NCBI GenBank assembly: GCA_028534125.1
Contig: CM052816.1
Location: forward strand, 85,810,001 to 85,874,000
Source: Lama glama
Taxonomy: Eukaryota
Length of the DNA: 64,000 nucleotides
Direction of reading: 5' to 3'
Shown here: positions 41,096-55,510 of the stretch, piece by piece
Layout of the letters: each line of letters starts with the position of its first letter
Position numbering within the stretch: position 1 is the first letter of the stretch
The notes under the pieces: model-generated
The model's input: the letters and a program-made list of their open reading frames with translations, nothing else
The model's database searches: none
What the model was told of the DNA's origin: nothing
Position numbers and translations under genes: made by a program

Positions 41096-43132
41096 AATGT
41101 AATGATTTCCACATTAAAAAAAGTAAATCAAAGAAAAAAGTTAAAATTTTGGATAAAAAGGTATACCAGAAGAGTTTCTGTAATTGCTGAAAATGAATGC
41201 CGTATTTAACTCTGGATTTTCTACATATTTGCTTTTTTTTAACATCGATTTCTTATACACTTTCTCTTTTTGCTCCATTTATGTGACAGCTGTTTCTTAT
41301 TTTATAACCTGATTTAATGGGTAGTTTGGTTCTATAAAGATTTGTTTGAGACAGTATGGGAAGAGTTACTGGGATGAGAATGGACTAGATCAAGGGAGTT
41401 TGAGAGTGGTAGTGAGGGGTGTGTTGGATATCTGAGTCAAAAACTGAAGGTTAATGAAAACCTCATACCATGATTCTGTTTTGAGAGGAGGTGAAAAAAA
41501 ATGCCCTATGCTTGGAAAGAAAGGCTTATTAAAGCTTGAATGGAAGCTATCAGTTAGAAAATGTGTTCCTCTCTAACATTCTGGTAGGCTGTGTTTGTAC
41601 TCTTAAGTTAAATTTTAAAGTTAAATTTAAGCTGGGGAGTTTTGAGCAATTTGTCAGGACAGTACTGCCCCCGACTTCATGTGCCATTCCTTCAGTCCAC
41701 CCTATAGCTCTGTTAGATATAGGGCTCAATATCAATTCAGAAAGTTTATCTGGAAAGATCATATGTGAGTCAGAACAGTACATATGGGAATCAGTTTCAA
41801 GGATATTTTGTTCCCCAGACTGAAAAGTCACACCTTATTCTATTTCCTATTTTATATTATGTTTAACCACTTTTATAAAAGTAATATATAAGAAATTTAA
41901 AGTTCAAATATACTGAAATACAAATATATTAAAAATTAAAACTATTTTTGCCTTCTTTACTATTAAAAGTTCAATATATAAAAATCCAAAAGATGAAACA
42001 AAGCACAAATAACAAACATCAAAATGACATTCTACCGGCAGGGAAATGATCTTGAGTTTGTGGGCAAAAGTAGATCACAAGGCTGCCCTTCCACAGTTTT
42101 TTCCTTAGTCATGAACACAGGATGGGATACAAAATACTAGATTAGTGCTGCCTCTTCAAACCAGGTTCTCATGGTTTAAGTCTGGAAACTCTTCGGTGTT
42201 CTGTAGTCCATGGGAATTCAGCAGCCTCTGGTAATGCTCATGCAGGCCTCTACAGCTATGAATTCTCAGGCATTTGCTCGTTCCTGTGGCATCTTCCCAC
42301 TGTATGCTTCTTTTATAGAAATTAACACTTGCCTGGAGGTTTCACTATTATATTTGGTTTTTAAAAGCACTCAATAAAAAGTTTCTTCATTCTCAGTAGG
42401 ATTTTGAACAAATTGAGAGAGAAAATAAAGGAGTGTCTGTTAATGAACAAAAATTACTACTATTGCTGATAGAGAGAAGTAGTTTTGTTTTTTTTTAACC
42501 CCACAATTAGGAAGACTACCCTTGCACACCTCAGTCTAGCACGGAGCTGCAACAGATAGACCTCCCACCCTTAGAGAAAGCCTGCAGCTGGAAGCAGGAA
42601 AGGCTTAAGAAGACCAAAGTCAAGATGGAGAGGAGCATGCCAAGTGACTAACTCCCAAATTTTCAAACTAATTATTACTCATCTCCCACTATGTGTACAC
42701 AGTAAGGAAGCAGAGGGGGCCTGGACTATGCCTGGGGAGCAGTTTCAGCATGGAAACTAGGAAATGGGGAGAAGATTTTTCTTTTTAAGAACACATGCTG
42801 TTCCACTTAAGCATTAACCATTTGAGGAATACCCTAATATCACTAGATAACTTTGCATACAAGCTCCAAATCACAACATATAATAAAAAGTAAAAGAATT
42901 CTAAAGTGGCATTCAGCTGTTCAATGAAAAATTATATATGTATGCATATATGTATATATATACCCACATATATAATGAATTATTTATCACACTGACTTCA
43001 GGTATGATAAGCATCCATATTCTCAGTAAAAATGAAAGCATTCAATAAACATCCATAAATCTCAAAACTAAAAATATGTAAAATAGAAATAATCATTTGA
43101 GTAATACAGCATATATTTAAAATTTCATACAT

Positions 43133-43200
43133 GCGTGTGTGTATATATATATATATATATACATACACACACACACACACACACACACATACATACACAC
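43133..43200. repeat. Compound microsatellite (GT)n(AT)n(AC)n
   Basis: Seen directly in the sequence. Confidence 0.95.
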
Positions 43201-43209
43201 CCACATATG

Positions 43210-43302
43210 AAACCAAAAAAATTATGTGACACGCTTTATTGTGATATTTGCTTCATTAAGGTGATCTGGAACTCTACCTGCAATATCTCAGAGGTTTACC
43301 CA
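43210..43302 (+). mobile_element. Tigger1 (TcMar-Tigger) 3' terminal fragment
   Basis: AAAAAATTATGTGACACGCTTTATTGTGATATTTGCTTCATT...TCTGGAAC...GCAATATCTCAGAGGT followed by TA; matches the Tigger1 right end as recalled. Confidence 0.8.
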
Positions 43303-46300
43303 TACACATGTGCACATAATACTGCAGTGTGTACCAAGGACTAGGACACATTTTTAATTGTGTTTATTTTCCTTCCTATGACATATATTCATACACCTTA
43401 AAACTAAGTTTCACACAGACACACACACACACAGCCCTGATCTTAATTTGAACATTATTTGATCATTTCTGTTTTGCTCTGTTCCACTTCATTGTTTTAA
43501 TTACTCAGTTAAATTCATGACCCTATAATAGCTTTACATGCGTCAATGGAAATCTCTGGTCAAAATGAATATAGGTATAAAAGTATTGCTATCTTAAATT
43601 AATACATAAATTTCAAATGGATATTTCTTTTTTGATACTTCTTCAGTTTTTTCACTTAAAAATTCGTAATATGTATATTATTTGAGTAGCAACAGTTCCA
43701 TATTAAAATTTTACTTCCTCCACTCAGATTAAGATATTTTTAGAGTGTTGATAATAAATATCTATCATTTTAAATGTAACTTAAATTTAAATTTATCATT
43801 TACCACAACATAAATATATGTGTAGTAAGAATTGCATGAAAAAGCACTTATCCTTGTTATATTTCTCTTAAGGTGCAGCAAAAATGCAAGCCTTATTGTC
43901 TAGAAAAAAATTTAAGATCTTGAGCTAGTGATTGTGATCAAATAAAATATTATTAATACTTAAGAACATAAATTGCCATATGCCTTACATAAGTGGAATT
44001 TTCAATTTAGAGGAAATTATATTTTCTTATTTTAAAATGATTTCTTATTTTGCCTGATGCTGAATTATTTTACTTTATAAAGAGCTAGAAATGTAGGGTT
44101 AAAAACAAAGTAAGAAATAAAATAACATATGATTCTAATTCTCAACAGATATGCCTAAAAAATTGGAAGTTATTTATAGATACCTAATAAATAACTGTAA
44201 AACAAACTCTATCAAAATTATTTAAATAAAAAGCCTAAAATTCTACAGTTGAGAGATGTAAAATGATAACGAAGTTTAGATCAAAAATAAATAACCAAAA
44301 AATGGATTTAGTTATTATCATGAATATAATTTGTAACAGTATGACAAGTGCAATCTTGATAAATATACAGAGAAGGGTTGAAAATATGGGCCATAGAGTT
44401 CTCTACAGCAGTTGCAATAAAGCATGCATTTTTTTTGTTTGTTTGTTTAGATATCTTAATTTAAGAAGACATGTTTCTTTGAGTTTAAAACCTAACATTT
44501 TACAAATGGACTGACAGTTCAAGTTAATTTATTATTTTTCTTAATGATGTAATTACAATGGTATATAAGCTACAAAATAAGTTCTCTAAAATTGAGTCTG
44601 CACTAAAGGGGATCATAAAACTGATTTAAGTTTCCAGTTTCTACTTTTAAGACAACATATTTTCCCAGGAAATATATGTGTGTGTATGTGTATATATGCA
44701 CATATATATATATACAAACTTCAGTCTCTGTGAGCCTCAACTTCCTTATTTGTCAAAAAGGATAATAGTCTGACTAACTAACATATTTTGATGTAATAAC
44801 TGCCAAATATTTCCAAAAACAGAGCCAATAATTAACTGTGACCTAAAAAAAAAAAGAGTAATCATTTTCACACTACTGTAAATTGTTTATACGTTCTTCA
44901 ATGCATTAGCCCATGGTCTACTCAAGGTCTCCCTCGAATAAAGTCAGATACCCTCCGATAATGTATGGCAGTGTTCAGATAATGAGAGAATACAGGGTCA
45001 AGGGAAGTAAGGCAAGCCCCTCATACTCTCCTCACAATTACAAAAAGAGCAGAAATCTATCAAGGGGAATATGATTGAAGACCTGGGCATAAGAGCACTT
45101 GGCTTTTGAGAGAAACTGCAGAGTGCATGATTCTGGAGAAGATTTGAGTAAGTATTTTTGTCATTAAGAACAGCAAGTCCTGAGAGGTGGTGTTTGAATG
45201 GTGAGACTCCATTCTTCAGTTACCGAAGCAACTAAGGCAGAACCATGAGGAAATGTTTGTTTTCTTTGAATAAAGCACTTCATATCTGCCTCTTTTTACT
45301 CAGAAAATTTGATCTATTGCACTTTTGGTCCACTGTGCTGCAAATATTATCAAGTATAAAGTGTTAATAAATAGAAATCTCATTTCAATAGCGTTGGGCG
45401 ACCAGAAGGAGGGACACTCATGTCCTGCCTCAATAGCAGAGTCCAACAGGAAGAAGAAATACACTCTTCTTTCCTGGCAAGGACTCAGCTGATGAAAAGC
45501 CATGAACTCTTTGTTACTGTAGGCCTCCCAAATTTATTTTCTTCTCCTTCCCTTGAACTGCAAGGATCTGCACATGGCCCCCTATGGTTTCATAATTGTG
45601 AGCAGAGTATGGGGGGCTTGCCTTACTTCCCTTGACCCTGTGTTCTCTCATTATCTGAACAGAATTAAGTGGAAAAATAGATAGTTTCATAATAATAGTT
45701 GAGAATTTAACACCTCTCTAATAGCAACTGATGGAACAGTTAGAACTGAAGAAAAATCAATTAACACATAGATCTAAACAACACTAATCATAGTTTTGAA
45801 CTAACAAAAACCTGCAGACTACAAGTTCTACTATCACCTACCTATCTGTTTACCTTCCTAACTACCTATCTACTATCTATTTATCTGTTTATTTACTGGC
45901 TGTGCATCTGGTTCAATACATATATCTGGTAGAAGTGGGCATCTTGAATTGTTTTAGATTTACAGTTAAATGAACAAGTTTACAAATATACTGGAATAAA
46001 GTTATTCATGGAATTATCTTTCTCTTATAAACATCACCTTTATCTGTTGTCATATTCTACTTAAATTTTCATATTATTACTTCTGTTTCTTACTGTGTCC
46101 ATTAATATTATTATAGATAACTTTGTATTGTTATTCTTCTATAGAAAGTACTTTTTATTTATACTTTGTCCTTGTATTCTCTTTCTTTAATATTGTCTTT
46201 TTTATGTATTTCCTTTCTTTTGGAGCATATTTTATTATTTAAACACATCCAAATTTTTAAAGTTTGAATAACTATAAATATTTATATTATTTCAGGAGGC

Positions 46301-49300
46301 ATGCATCAAAGGATGATCGTTCATTTTGGTTGACAGTTTGACCACTATCAAATATGATGTCTTTAAAAATCTGTGTTATAAGAAGTAGTTACGTTACCTC
46401 AGCTTGTGTGTGTCTGTGTGTGTGCTTTTGTTCTATAACATATAAATATAGCATTTGTTCTGTAAGGCATAAATATGACATAAATATAACTAAACTCTTT
46501 TGAATTTAGTGTAACTTGGATGTTTCCGCTTTAAATGTCTCCTGACTTCAGTCTGTATAGCTTCTTAGCAATGACAGGCAGTGAGCTTACTTCCTAAGGT
46601 TGAAGAGTGTATGGACATTGTGATGGATTGGCAGAGCTCTAGCTTTATCTTCTTTATTCACAAAACCAGAGAACCATGCTTAGTAAGTAACCATAAAGTA
46701 TTCTTTTTCATTTCTTCAAGCAAGGATACCAAGATTAAGGCTGATGCTTCTAAAATGGTAAAGTACAGCAACAAATTCTCTTTAATGCATACCTGCTAGA
46801 AATTCCATATCTATAATTTTAATATTCTAGGACAAATTTAGACTTTTCAAGCATCGAGGAGCTAACTTCCTGTGAGATGCTACTTTTTTCAACTTCTAAA
46901 AGGGAATACATAAACTTTTAGAAGTTTCAACTGATAACAGGGATTTGATTGTAAAGCCAGGAGACACAATGTCAAATTTTCTCAAAGAGTTAACAGCTCA
47001 GTTTTTGTTACCTATTCATCATAAAAGGATTTGGGAAATCTACCTCATTATGTTTTATTTTATTTAATTTCTGATATTTAACTAAAGTCTGAAGACTCAG
47101 AGTATAGGAAAAATAGGTATTTTAAAACAGATTTTAGAACTGGCAGGAAAGTTATAAAATTCATTCAAATGCTCTTTAAAACTACTTTTCTTGAAAATAA
47201 TTAGGGAAAATAGCGTCATAAATGAATGATAATGAAATACTTAAAATAGTATTTGCAATTATTAAATATCCATCTTTGAAAAACATTTTTCCATTATTTT
47301 AACAAGAAAAAGTATGTTTAAGGGGCAGCACATTCATGAGAAAAATAAGAAAGACACAAAATGGGTAATTTTATCAGGTCTATTTTCTGTGAGAAGATTA
47401 ATATATGTAGCTTTTGCTGAAGGAACTCAATTGCCTAAAGATTTATGAGCCACAGAGCAATATAAGGGGGGTCTCTGAAGACCCACAAATAATAATGCAT
47501 ATATAAATCTAGATTCTGACATCCTAGTGGATCTTGCAAAATTTTTTTCAAGTAAAAAGTTTGAAAATGTAATGATACTAACTCTATCTTTAAGCGATTT
47601 GAAATCCACAATAATACTTTATTTTTATAGATTACTTTATCATAACAATGATATGAAAATAAATCTGGACAGTATTCACTGTGGGAAATACATAAAACAT
47701 TTTTAAATCTCAATTCTATCTTTCTCATAAATCTCCCTTTAAATCACTGCACTGACTATCCTCAATTCATTTTTTAAAAAGGAAGTTCTAAATGGTTTTA
47801 ATTTTCAATAAACTGAGGACTTCTTTGAAGATCTCAAGTGCAACTAATGAGTCTAATGACCTACCAGAGCATTACAAATGATACAAACATTATTAAACAC
47901 CTGGGTCAAATGGACATTCTACCTCTTTATTTAAATGCTCAGAGATTGGTGACAACACTTGGAATATATGATTGTTTAAAGTATCCTTATTTTATATTTC
48001 CATAAAGTTTTACATTAATTGAAGATGTAAGGCATTACAAAACTTCAAAACTCATCTTTGAAAAAGTAATAAATTGGACAATACAACTGTTTCTACGCCT
48101 AGTTTATTCTTCCTGCTAACAACCTTTCTGTTGCTACTGCTGCTAATATATCATTAAGTCACAATAGTAGTTCAACCACATCTAGTTTCCCATGGCACTT
48201 AGAGTACTTAACATGAAAAAATGTTTTCACAGACCTCCATTTGGTATGCACAACTTCTTTGTCAAAGGATGTAATTTTCCATGTTTTTAATGTATAAGAA
48301 ACAAAGTGAAAATTTTTATGACATTCTCAATACTATTTCACAAACTGTTTAGGTGGAACTTAGAACTTCATATGTCAAATATGGTTTCTGTGCCTGTAAC
48401 AACACTATACTTGACTAGAGTCCCAGGATTTAAATTACTGTTTTTGCTCTTGGAAGAAAGCAGCAGAGTGGAAATGTGCAAGCCCTATAGTGTACAAGTA
48501 CAAGATGGGGTGCTTTTTTCCACTGTCAGAGATTATATCTTCTCGTCTATCATGATGATCAGTAAGTGAAGAGATCGAAGTCATTTCTGAAGTGTAAACA
48601 CTGAATATTTTAGAGGTACATGCAGTCAATGAAACCATTTAGAACATTTCATTAATTTAATACTACACCACACTGTTACTAAAATAATAGTTAACGTATC
48701 TTGAATAGTCATATAAAATTTGGCTGAAATATCTGATAGAGCCTATTTAAACATTTTATTCTAATGTCTGATAAAGTGGTTACATCTGTATTACACTGTG
48801 TCTGCAACTTTTTAGGAAATATTAAAATAACTTGAGAAGCAGTGAAGTGAAATCATTTTATCTTTTTGGAGAAAAAAATAATGATTATTCAATATATAAA
48901 AACACACATCTTCTTGCAGCATATACATCTCAAAAAACAAATAATCAGAATCTGTAAGTAATTATGACTCACCCTGGGAGAAAGTTAGAAAATACCTTAC
49001 CAGATTCATTAGCTTTTCAGAAAATTGCTGCCATGGTGTGCTAAATCAGTCATGTAGAGTTATGAGGAGTATTAGAAATCAAACTATTTAAAATATTTTT
49101 GTCAATTTTTATTTCAGGGTTTATCTCATGGTAGGAAACATTTATTTCCTTCTATGCTGACGTAATATTTATATGCTTTATTTGTATTTAAATTCAAATA
49201 TTTTATTGATTATAAATGCATATTTTCCTTGCTAAACCTTTCTGAAATTGAAATGTCTTGCAGTCAATAAGAACGCTATATCATAGCTTCATTTCAGTTT

Positions 49301-49388
49301 TTTCTTTTATTTCATAGTACATGAAATAGTGTTATATCTTACAAATTATTATATATAATATATAAATGATGTGTATAAAATATAATTC

Positions 49389-49825
49389 TGTGCACCAGGA
49401 ACTAACATCGTGTTGTAGGTCGATTATACTTCATAAACAAGCAAGCAAACAAAAAGCTCATAGGAAAAGAAATCAGATTTGTGGTTGCCAGAAGTCGGGG
49501 TTGGAGAGTGGGAAATTGGATGAAGGTGTTTAAAAGGTACAAACTTCCAGCTGAAAGTTAAATAAGTACTAGAGATGTGATGTACATGATTAACATTATT
49601 AACATTGTTGTATATTATATATGAAAGTTGTTAAGAGAGTAAATCCTAAGAATTTTCATCACCAGGATTTTTTAAAATTTTATTTTGAATATATATAAAA
49701 TGATAGTTGTCTACTAAACTTATTGTGGTAATCATTTCATGATGTGTGTATGGAAAATCATGTTCTACACCTTAAACTTATGCAGTGCTGCATGTCAATT
49801 ATATCTCAATAAAACTGGAAGAAAA
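49389..49825 (+). mobile_element. L1 3' UTR-only copy, ~440 bp (composite-UTR lineage)
   Basis: CAGGAACTAACATCGTGTTGTAGG...GTTAAGAGAGTAAATCCTAAG...TATATCTCAATAAAACTGGAAGAAAA; homologous to 20092-20510. Confidence 0.9.
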
Positions 49826-51001
49826 TTACATAATGATACATGTTTTAAAAATCGTTTGTTATGTACACTATGTGTTTGGAAAACTAATGATCCATCTATA
49901 AATGCTTCTTGTAGGAAATATTGGTTTAGTAAAGGATATTGACAGGCTGGGAAACACAATGTGCTGTGGTAACTATGCCTATAGAATAAAGCAATGGAAG
50001 AGTTTTGGAGGATAGGAGTTTGTGGGTTCTGTTAATATGTGAACACATGCAGAGAAGCATTGCGTAATTATCAACTTAAAAACTCCAAGTATACACTAGA
50101 TCTTATCCTATTAATTTAAAATGATTATATGAAGTAATTCAATCAGATGGATATATAACATTAATAATATAATTATTTAGGGAAGATCCTCTTGATGAGA
50201 CAAATGCATCCTTTTTTTTTTTCTTTTTGAGATTTTAAAGTGTTTTAAATCCTGGCATAAAATATTTTCAGACATTTCAATTCTAGCTAACATTCTGGGG
50301 GTGATTTATTCTGTCTCTTTGTGAAATATTTATAATAACTAAAAATCAATCCACTATTTCCTGTGCTATTGCCATACAGATTTATTTATTGAATGATATA
50401 GCACAAGTTATTAAGTTATATTAATACAACTCCTTTGTTACTAATGTTTATCATAATTGTCCTAGTTGCTTCTTTTTAGTATCTTTAAATTTATATTTAT
50501 CAATCTTGCTGCACTTTGAAATTGCATGGGTTGAGTTTCGAGAATGCTGATCTCAAGCTATATGCAAATCGTTACATAATACAAGTTTAGGTCTGACTCA
50601 GTAACAAAGTCTTTAAATTACTTGACTGGGTAAGAAAAGTTAAGATTCCCTTTAATCCATCTTTAGCAAGTTTTATATGTTCTTGCTTAAACAAAAACTA
50701 ATTTCTCTACTATTTTGTTTTATTTTCATTGCTTGAAAATTATAGTATATTTGAACATTCTAATTTAACATGAATAAAAATATTGAACATTAGAATTTAA
50801 ATATTATTAAAATTAAATTTTAATTTAAATTAATATTTTATGTAAAGTAATTAAAATACAATATTTTGTCCATAATATAGTTTCTGTTCTTTAAAATAAA
50901 GTTATAAAAAGCCAAAATGGACAGATACACTACACTGTCAATCATGTTCTCTGCACTTAATTGAAATAGCAGTTATCTCCAAATTATCAAATTCAATAGA
51001 C

Positions 51002-51216
51002 CAGTGCTTGGCAAATTGTTTCTTAAGGGACCAGATATAAAATATATTCAGCTCATACTTTGCCATATAGTTTCTATCAATCTATTCAGCTGTCCTTTTT
51101 TCACCTGAAAGGTAGCCATAGGCCAAACACAAATGAATAGATGTGTATCTGTTCTAATAAAAGTTTATTTACAAAAACAGACATCAATCCCGTGAGCCAT
51201 TGTTTGCCTGCCTCTG
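51002..51216 (+). mobile_element. MER58A-like hAT-Charlie non-autonomous DNA transposon
   Basis: Degenerate TIRs CAGTGCTTGGCAAA / TTTGCCTGCCTCTG; internal TGTTCTAATAAAAGTTTATTTACAAAAACAG; degenerate 8-bp TSD CAATAGAC/AAAAAGAC. Confidence 0.85.
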
Positions 51217-51729
51217 AAAAAGACAGTTATCACTTATTTTATCTGACCCTTTTTGTTGATTTATTGACTATCAAATGATGTTTTGACAGTTCATTTCTTT
51301 ATAAAGCCCATCTATTTAGCAGTAGTACTATTTACCTAACACTTGGATAAAATATTTTTGTTTTCACTAGACAAATTTACTCAGTCCATTTCTTGAAAAA
51401 TAATTCTGAAACTACATATAGCTACACAATTTTACCTGTATTTTGTAAAGTCATGATTACAAAATCTATAACTCTTGCCAAACTTTATTCCTTAATTCCA
51501 CATCAAATACTCTTTAATTTGTATACATAATCCCAAAGAAACATTAAGTTTAATAATGTACAAACTGAGTTCAGCAACTGTTTCCCCCTACCCTTCTCAA
51601 AAGTACAACTTAAGGCATCATCTTTTTTAATCTCTTTTAATCTCTTACCCACATTCAAAATAAAATTCTTGCTAGATTCTCTCTTCTCCTTGAAATGTTG
51701 CATTCAGGCAACAATGAAGGCCTAATTCT

Positions 51730-52430
51730 ATTTCCTTAAAACTCTGCTCCTGCTTTCTGTACTTATAATTTTTCTGGTTAATCAACTCACCATCTCTTTG
51801 CTGAATTCATGCAATCATTCTTAACTCTGGAATCATCTTCCTCAGCACCATCCACCATGCTGCTACCTAAACACGTCTGGTCAGATCACTCATTTTAATA
51901 TTTTACATTTACTTTCATAGCTTACATGATGATCAAATTTCTTGCTTTGTAAAAAATGCTTTTACCGACTTGAAGGTACTTTTCTTAACTTTCTTAACTC
52001 TCTAGTTTTCTTCTTCTCCTCCTTCTCCTCCTCTTCTCTCTTCTTCCCTCATCCTTCTTCTGTCTTCCTTTTTTCTTCTTCCCTCTTCCACTTCCACTTT
52101 CTAAGCAGAACTTAAAGTAATGGTGATTTAATGAAATTGTTGTGCTCTCTCATTTTTCTGTACACATGCTAATTCAACCTCAGGTTTCCTCCTCTGCATA
52201 TGCACATAAACAACTCTTACTCATCCATTCCATGACTGGGCTAAAGTTTTAAATATTCTCAAGGGTACTTACTTCCTTTTCAATTTATCAATTTATACAC
52301 CTGCTCATTTTAATCATCACCAAATTACACTATAATATTCAGTTAATGTATTTGTTACTCATGTAATACAATTCTAGATATAAAAGGTAAATAGTAAATT
52401 TTTAATGATTAAATTAAATAAAGAGTAAAT
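51730..52430 (+). mobile_element. Decayed L2 fragment with an internal CT-rich tract (~52005-52100)
   Basis: CATCCACCATGCTGCTACCTAAACACGTCTGGTCAGATCACTC and CAACTCTTACTCATCCATTC resemble L2. Confidence 0.5.
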
Positions 52431-52532
52431 GAAAGGTAATTGAGAAAGAATAAATTGATGAAGGATGAATTGGAATCTTTTATCACATTTTAGAGTGAAA
52501 ATATTTTATGTATTTTCCTGTATTTCATTTTC

Positions 52533-53032
52533 NNNNNNNNNNNNNNNNNNNNNNNNNNNNNNNNNNNNNNNNNNNNNNNNNNNNNNNNNNNNNNNNNNNN
52601 NNNNNNNNNNNNNNNNNNNNNNNNNNNNNNNNNNNNNNNNNNNNNNNNNNNNNNNNNNNNNNNNNNNNNNNNNNNNNNNNNNNNNNNNNNNNNNNNNNNN
52701 NNNNNNNNNNNNNNNNNNNNNNNNNNNNNNNNNNNNNNNNNNNNNNNNNNNNNNNNNNNNNNNNNNNNNNNNNNNNNNNNNNNNNNNNNNNNNNNNNNNN
52801 NNNNNNNNNNNNNNNNNNNNNNNNNNNNNNNNNNNNNNNNNNNNNNNNNNNNNNNNNNNNNNNNNNNNNNNNNNNNNNNNNNNNNNNNNNNNNNNNNNNN
52901 NNNNNNNNNNNNNNNNNNNNNNNNNNNNNNNNNNNNNNNNNNNNNNNNNNNNNNNNNNNNNNNNNNNNNNNNNNNNNNNNNNNNNNNNNNNNNNNNNNNN
53001 NNNNNNNNNNNNNNNNNNNNNNNNNNNNNNNN
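52533..53032. other. Assembly gap of exactly 500 N
   Basis: Counted from the sequence; the round length implies a scaffolding placeholder. Confidence 1.
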
Positions 53033-53479
53033 CTTTGATAAGTTGCTTATCCTCTCTGTGTCAATTTCAATTCAATTAATTAAATCAGGATACTTAAAAT
53101 AACAGATTCAAAATTTTTCATGGAGAATTAAAGTTCTCTGATCATTGGTGGTTAGGTATTCAGTGAACTATAGTGATGGTGATAGTAATATTATTACTAT
53201 TTTATTATTATATAACTAGAATATAATGTCAATAATATAATTACCACTGTTGGAATATAGTTATGTATTTTAACATATGATATGCTATATATTAAGTAGT
53301 ACTTACATAATCAGTTATATAATAATTACTATTATTGCATAATTATATTTTATAATTTATTATTAAAATTAATCTACTTAGAGCAAGTGATTATGAACAA
53401 TACGAATTAGAATCCATTTTTCTTTTATATGGACAACCCTATTCCCAATTGCCAGTTAGTGACTTCTCAGTTTATCTTA

Positions 53480-55010
53480 TATCACCGATCTGTATTGCCA
53501 CCACTGATACTTTTCATTTTGATTTTCAATTTGTATAGGTTTATTTTTGTGCTCTGTAGTTGTATTCATTATCTATTTATTTTCTATAAATTTGGTTTGT
53601 CTATATCTTCAAATGCAACATTAATATTTTAAATATAAAACACTGGTAAATTTAGCTTAATTCCTTGATATATTTATATGTGGTATATAGTAAAAAACAT
53701 TAAAACATGATGAAATTGTATCTAGCAATATTGTTACTCTCACATGTGTGTTCTGAAGGTTTCTATCCTGGCCATCCTGTAGAAACCATATTATTTGCAA
53801 ATAGCAACAGTTTTTTTTCTTCCTTTTTGTATTTATGCATTTTGTTTAATTTTTTTATCTGTGCAGACTAGTTCCTCAAGAACATTGCCAAAAAAAACTA
53901 ATTATAATAGCCCATTAAAAATTAAATTGAATACTCTAAATGATTTTTAAAGTTTGTTTTAGTTTTTTTGGAAATTTCTATTATAAGAACAAAGTATTTT
54001 CCTCTATTCCCAGTTTGATGAACATATGTATAATAATTAGGTGTCGAAATTTATAATTTTTTATTCTTTCACTGTAATGATGATTTTTTTTCTTTTAATA
54101 GCTAGTATGGTGAATTATATTTATAATTATTTAAACAGCAAACAAAAGTTGCATCCCTGGAGTAAAATCATTTGGGCATGATGAATTTTTCCTTTTGTAA
54201 TGTTTACCTACTACTTTGCATAGCAATTTTCTATTTATACTTTAGGTAATATCAGCCTATAAATTTTTCAGCTTATATTCTATTTTTATCAAAAGTATAC
54301 TACTTCACAAAGTGAGTATTGAAATGTTTCTCTTTTTTCTAATGTTTAGAAAAATTGTTTATACATTTAGAATGAACTTTTTAATAAGTATTAGAACATG
54401 CTATTCTTAAAAATATTTTTTCTTATTCTTGATATGTAGTAAGTTTGTACTTGATAATTGTAAGAATAGGATTCTATATGTAGATTAAATGTGTTCAATT
54501 TTTTTCTATCATTAGTTAATTTTTTAGTTGGCTTGACTAATCTATTTCTTAGAGAGATTTGTTAATGGTTATTAGATACCAGCCTGTGCCTTCTCAGATG
54601 TTTTTGTTTCCTACAATGTTTCTTTCTTGGTTGCTCTTTCACACATGTAAAGTTGTCTGTCCACATTTGAATATGGAGGGATTACCTAACTGTGAGCACT
54701 GACTCTTAGTTCTGTGTGCCAAATAGAAGGAGCTTAATGAAACACTTTTGGAAATGTTTTTTCAGAAGAATGTTGTTTAATTTTTAAATATTTGTGGATT
54801 TCCAGAATTTCTTTTTTGTCATTGATATCTAACTTTATTGTATTGTGTTCAGAGAACATTCTCTATGTAAGTTCAACCATTTAAAATTTACAGAATGTTA
54901 TTTTACAGGCCTATTTGGCTACATTGTCTCATTCAACTTCCACGTTTATTTGTAAAAGAGGTGTGTACACTAGTTTCTGGGTGTAGATTTTTATAAATAT
55001 ATATTTATAA
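53480..55010 (-). mobile_element. Very old L1 (L1ME/L1M5-like) ORF2 remnant
   Basis: ATATTATTTGCAAATAGCAACAGTTTT, TTTCCTCTATTCCCAGTTTG and TTGTGTTCAGAGAACATTCTCTATG are antisense ORF2 motifs. Confidence 0.6.
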
Positions 55011-55059
55011 AGTTCACTTCACTACTTCTTCCTTTGTCTTTACTCTTTACTACTTGCAC

Positions 55060-55510
55060 TTTTTTCTTCCAGTTTTTTTGAGATATAATTGACATACAGC
55101 ACTGTATAAGTTTAAGGTGGATAACAGTGATTTGACTTACATATATCATGAAATGATTATCACAATTAGTTTAGTGAATATTCATCATCTTGTATAGATA
55201 CAGAATTAAATAAATAGAAAAAAATTTGTGTGTGGTGAGAACACTTAGGATTTACTCTCATAACAACTTTCATATGTAACATACAGTAGTGTTAATTATA
55301 TTTATGTGGTACATTATATCCCTTGTACTTTTTTATCTTATCATTGGAAGTTTGTAGCAAATTTTGACTACCTTCAGTCAATTTGTTCTCTCCTCACTCT
55401 CCACCTCTGGTAACAACAAATCTGATTGCTTATTCTGTAAGTTTGTTTATATGCTTCTTTCTTTTTGAATTATAATTGACCTGCAACACTATGTTAGCTC
55501 CTGTTACACA
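55060..55510 (-). mobile_element. L1 3' UTR-only copy, ~450 bp (composite-UTR lineage)
   Basis: TTTTCTTCCAGTTTTTTTGAGATATAATTGACATACAGCACTGTATAAGTTTAAGG...CAACACTATGTTAGCTCCTGTTACACA; closely similar to 20092-20515. Confidence 0.9.

Noticed and set aside
45020..45155. Possible exon ending at GA|GTAAGT (~45148)
   Set aside because: No convincing polypyrimidine acceptor upstream and no recognisable reading frame
52465..53079. ORFs of 204 and 176 aa
   Set aside because: Artefacts of translating the 500-N gap
54990..55011. 22-bp perfect palindrome TTTATAAATATATATTTATAAA
   Set aside because: A/T-only low complexity, expected in AT-rich DNA
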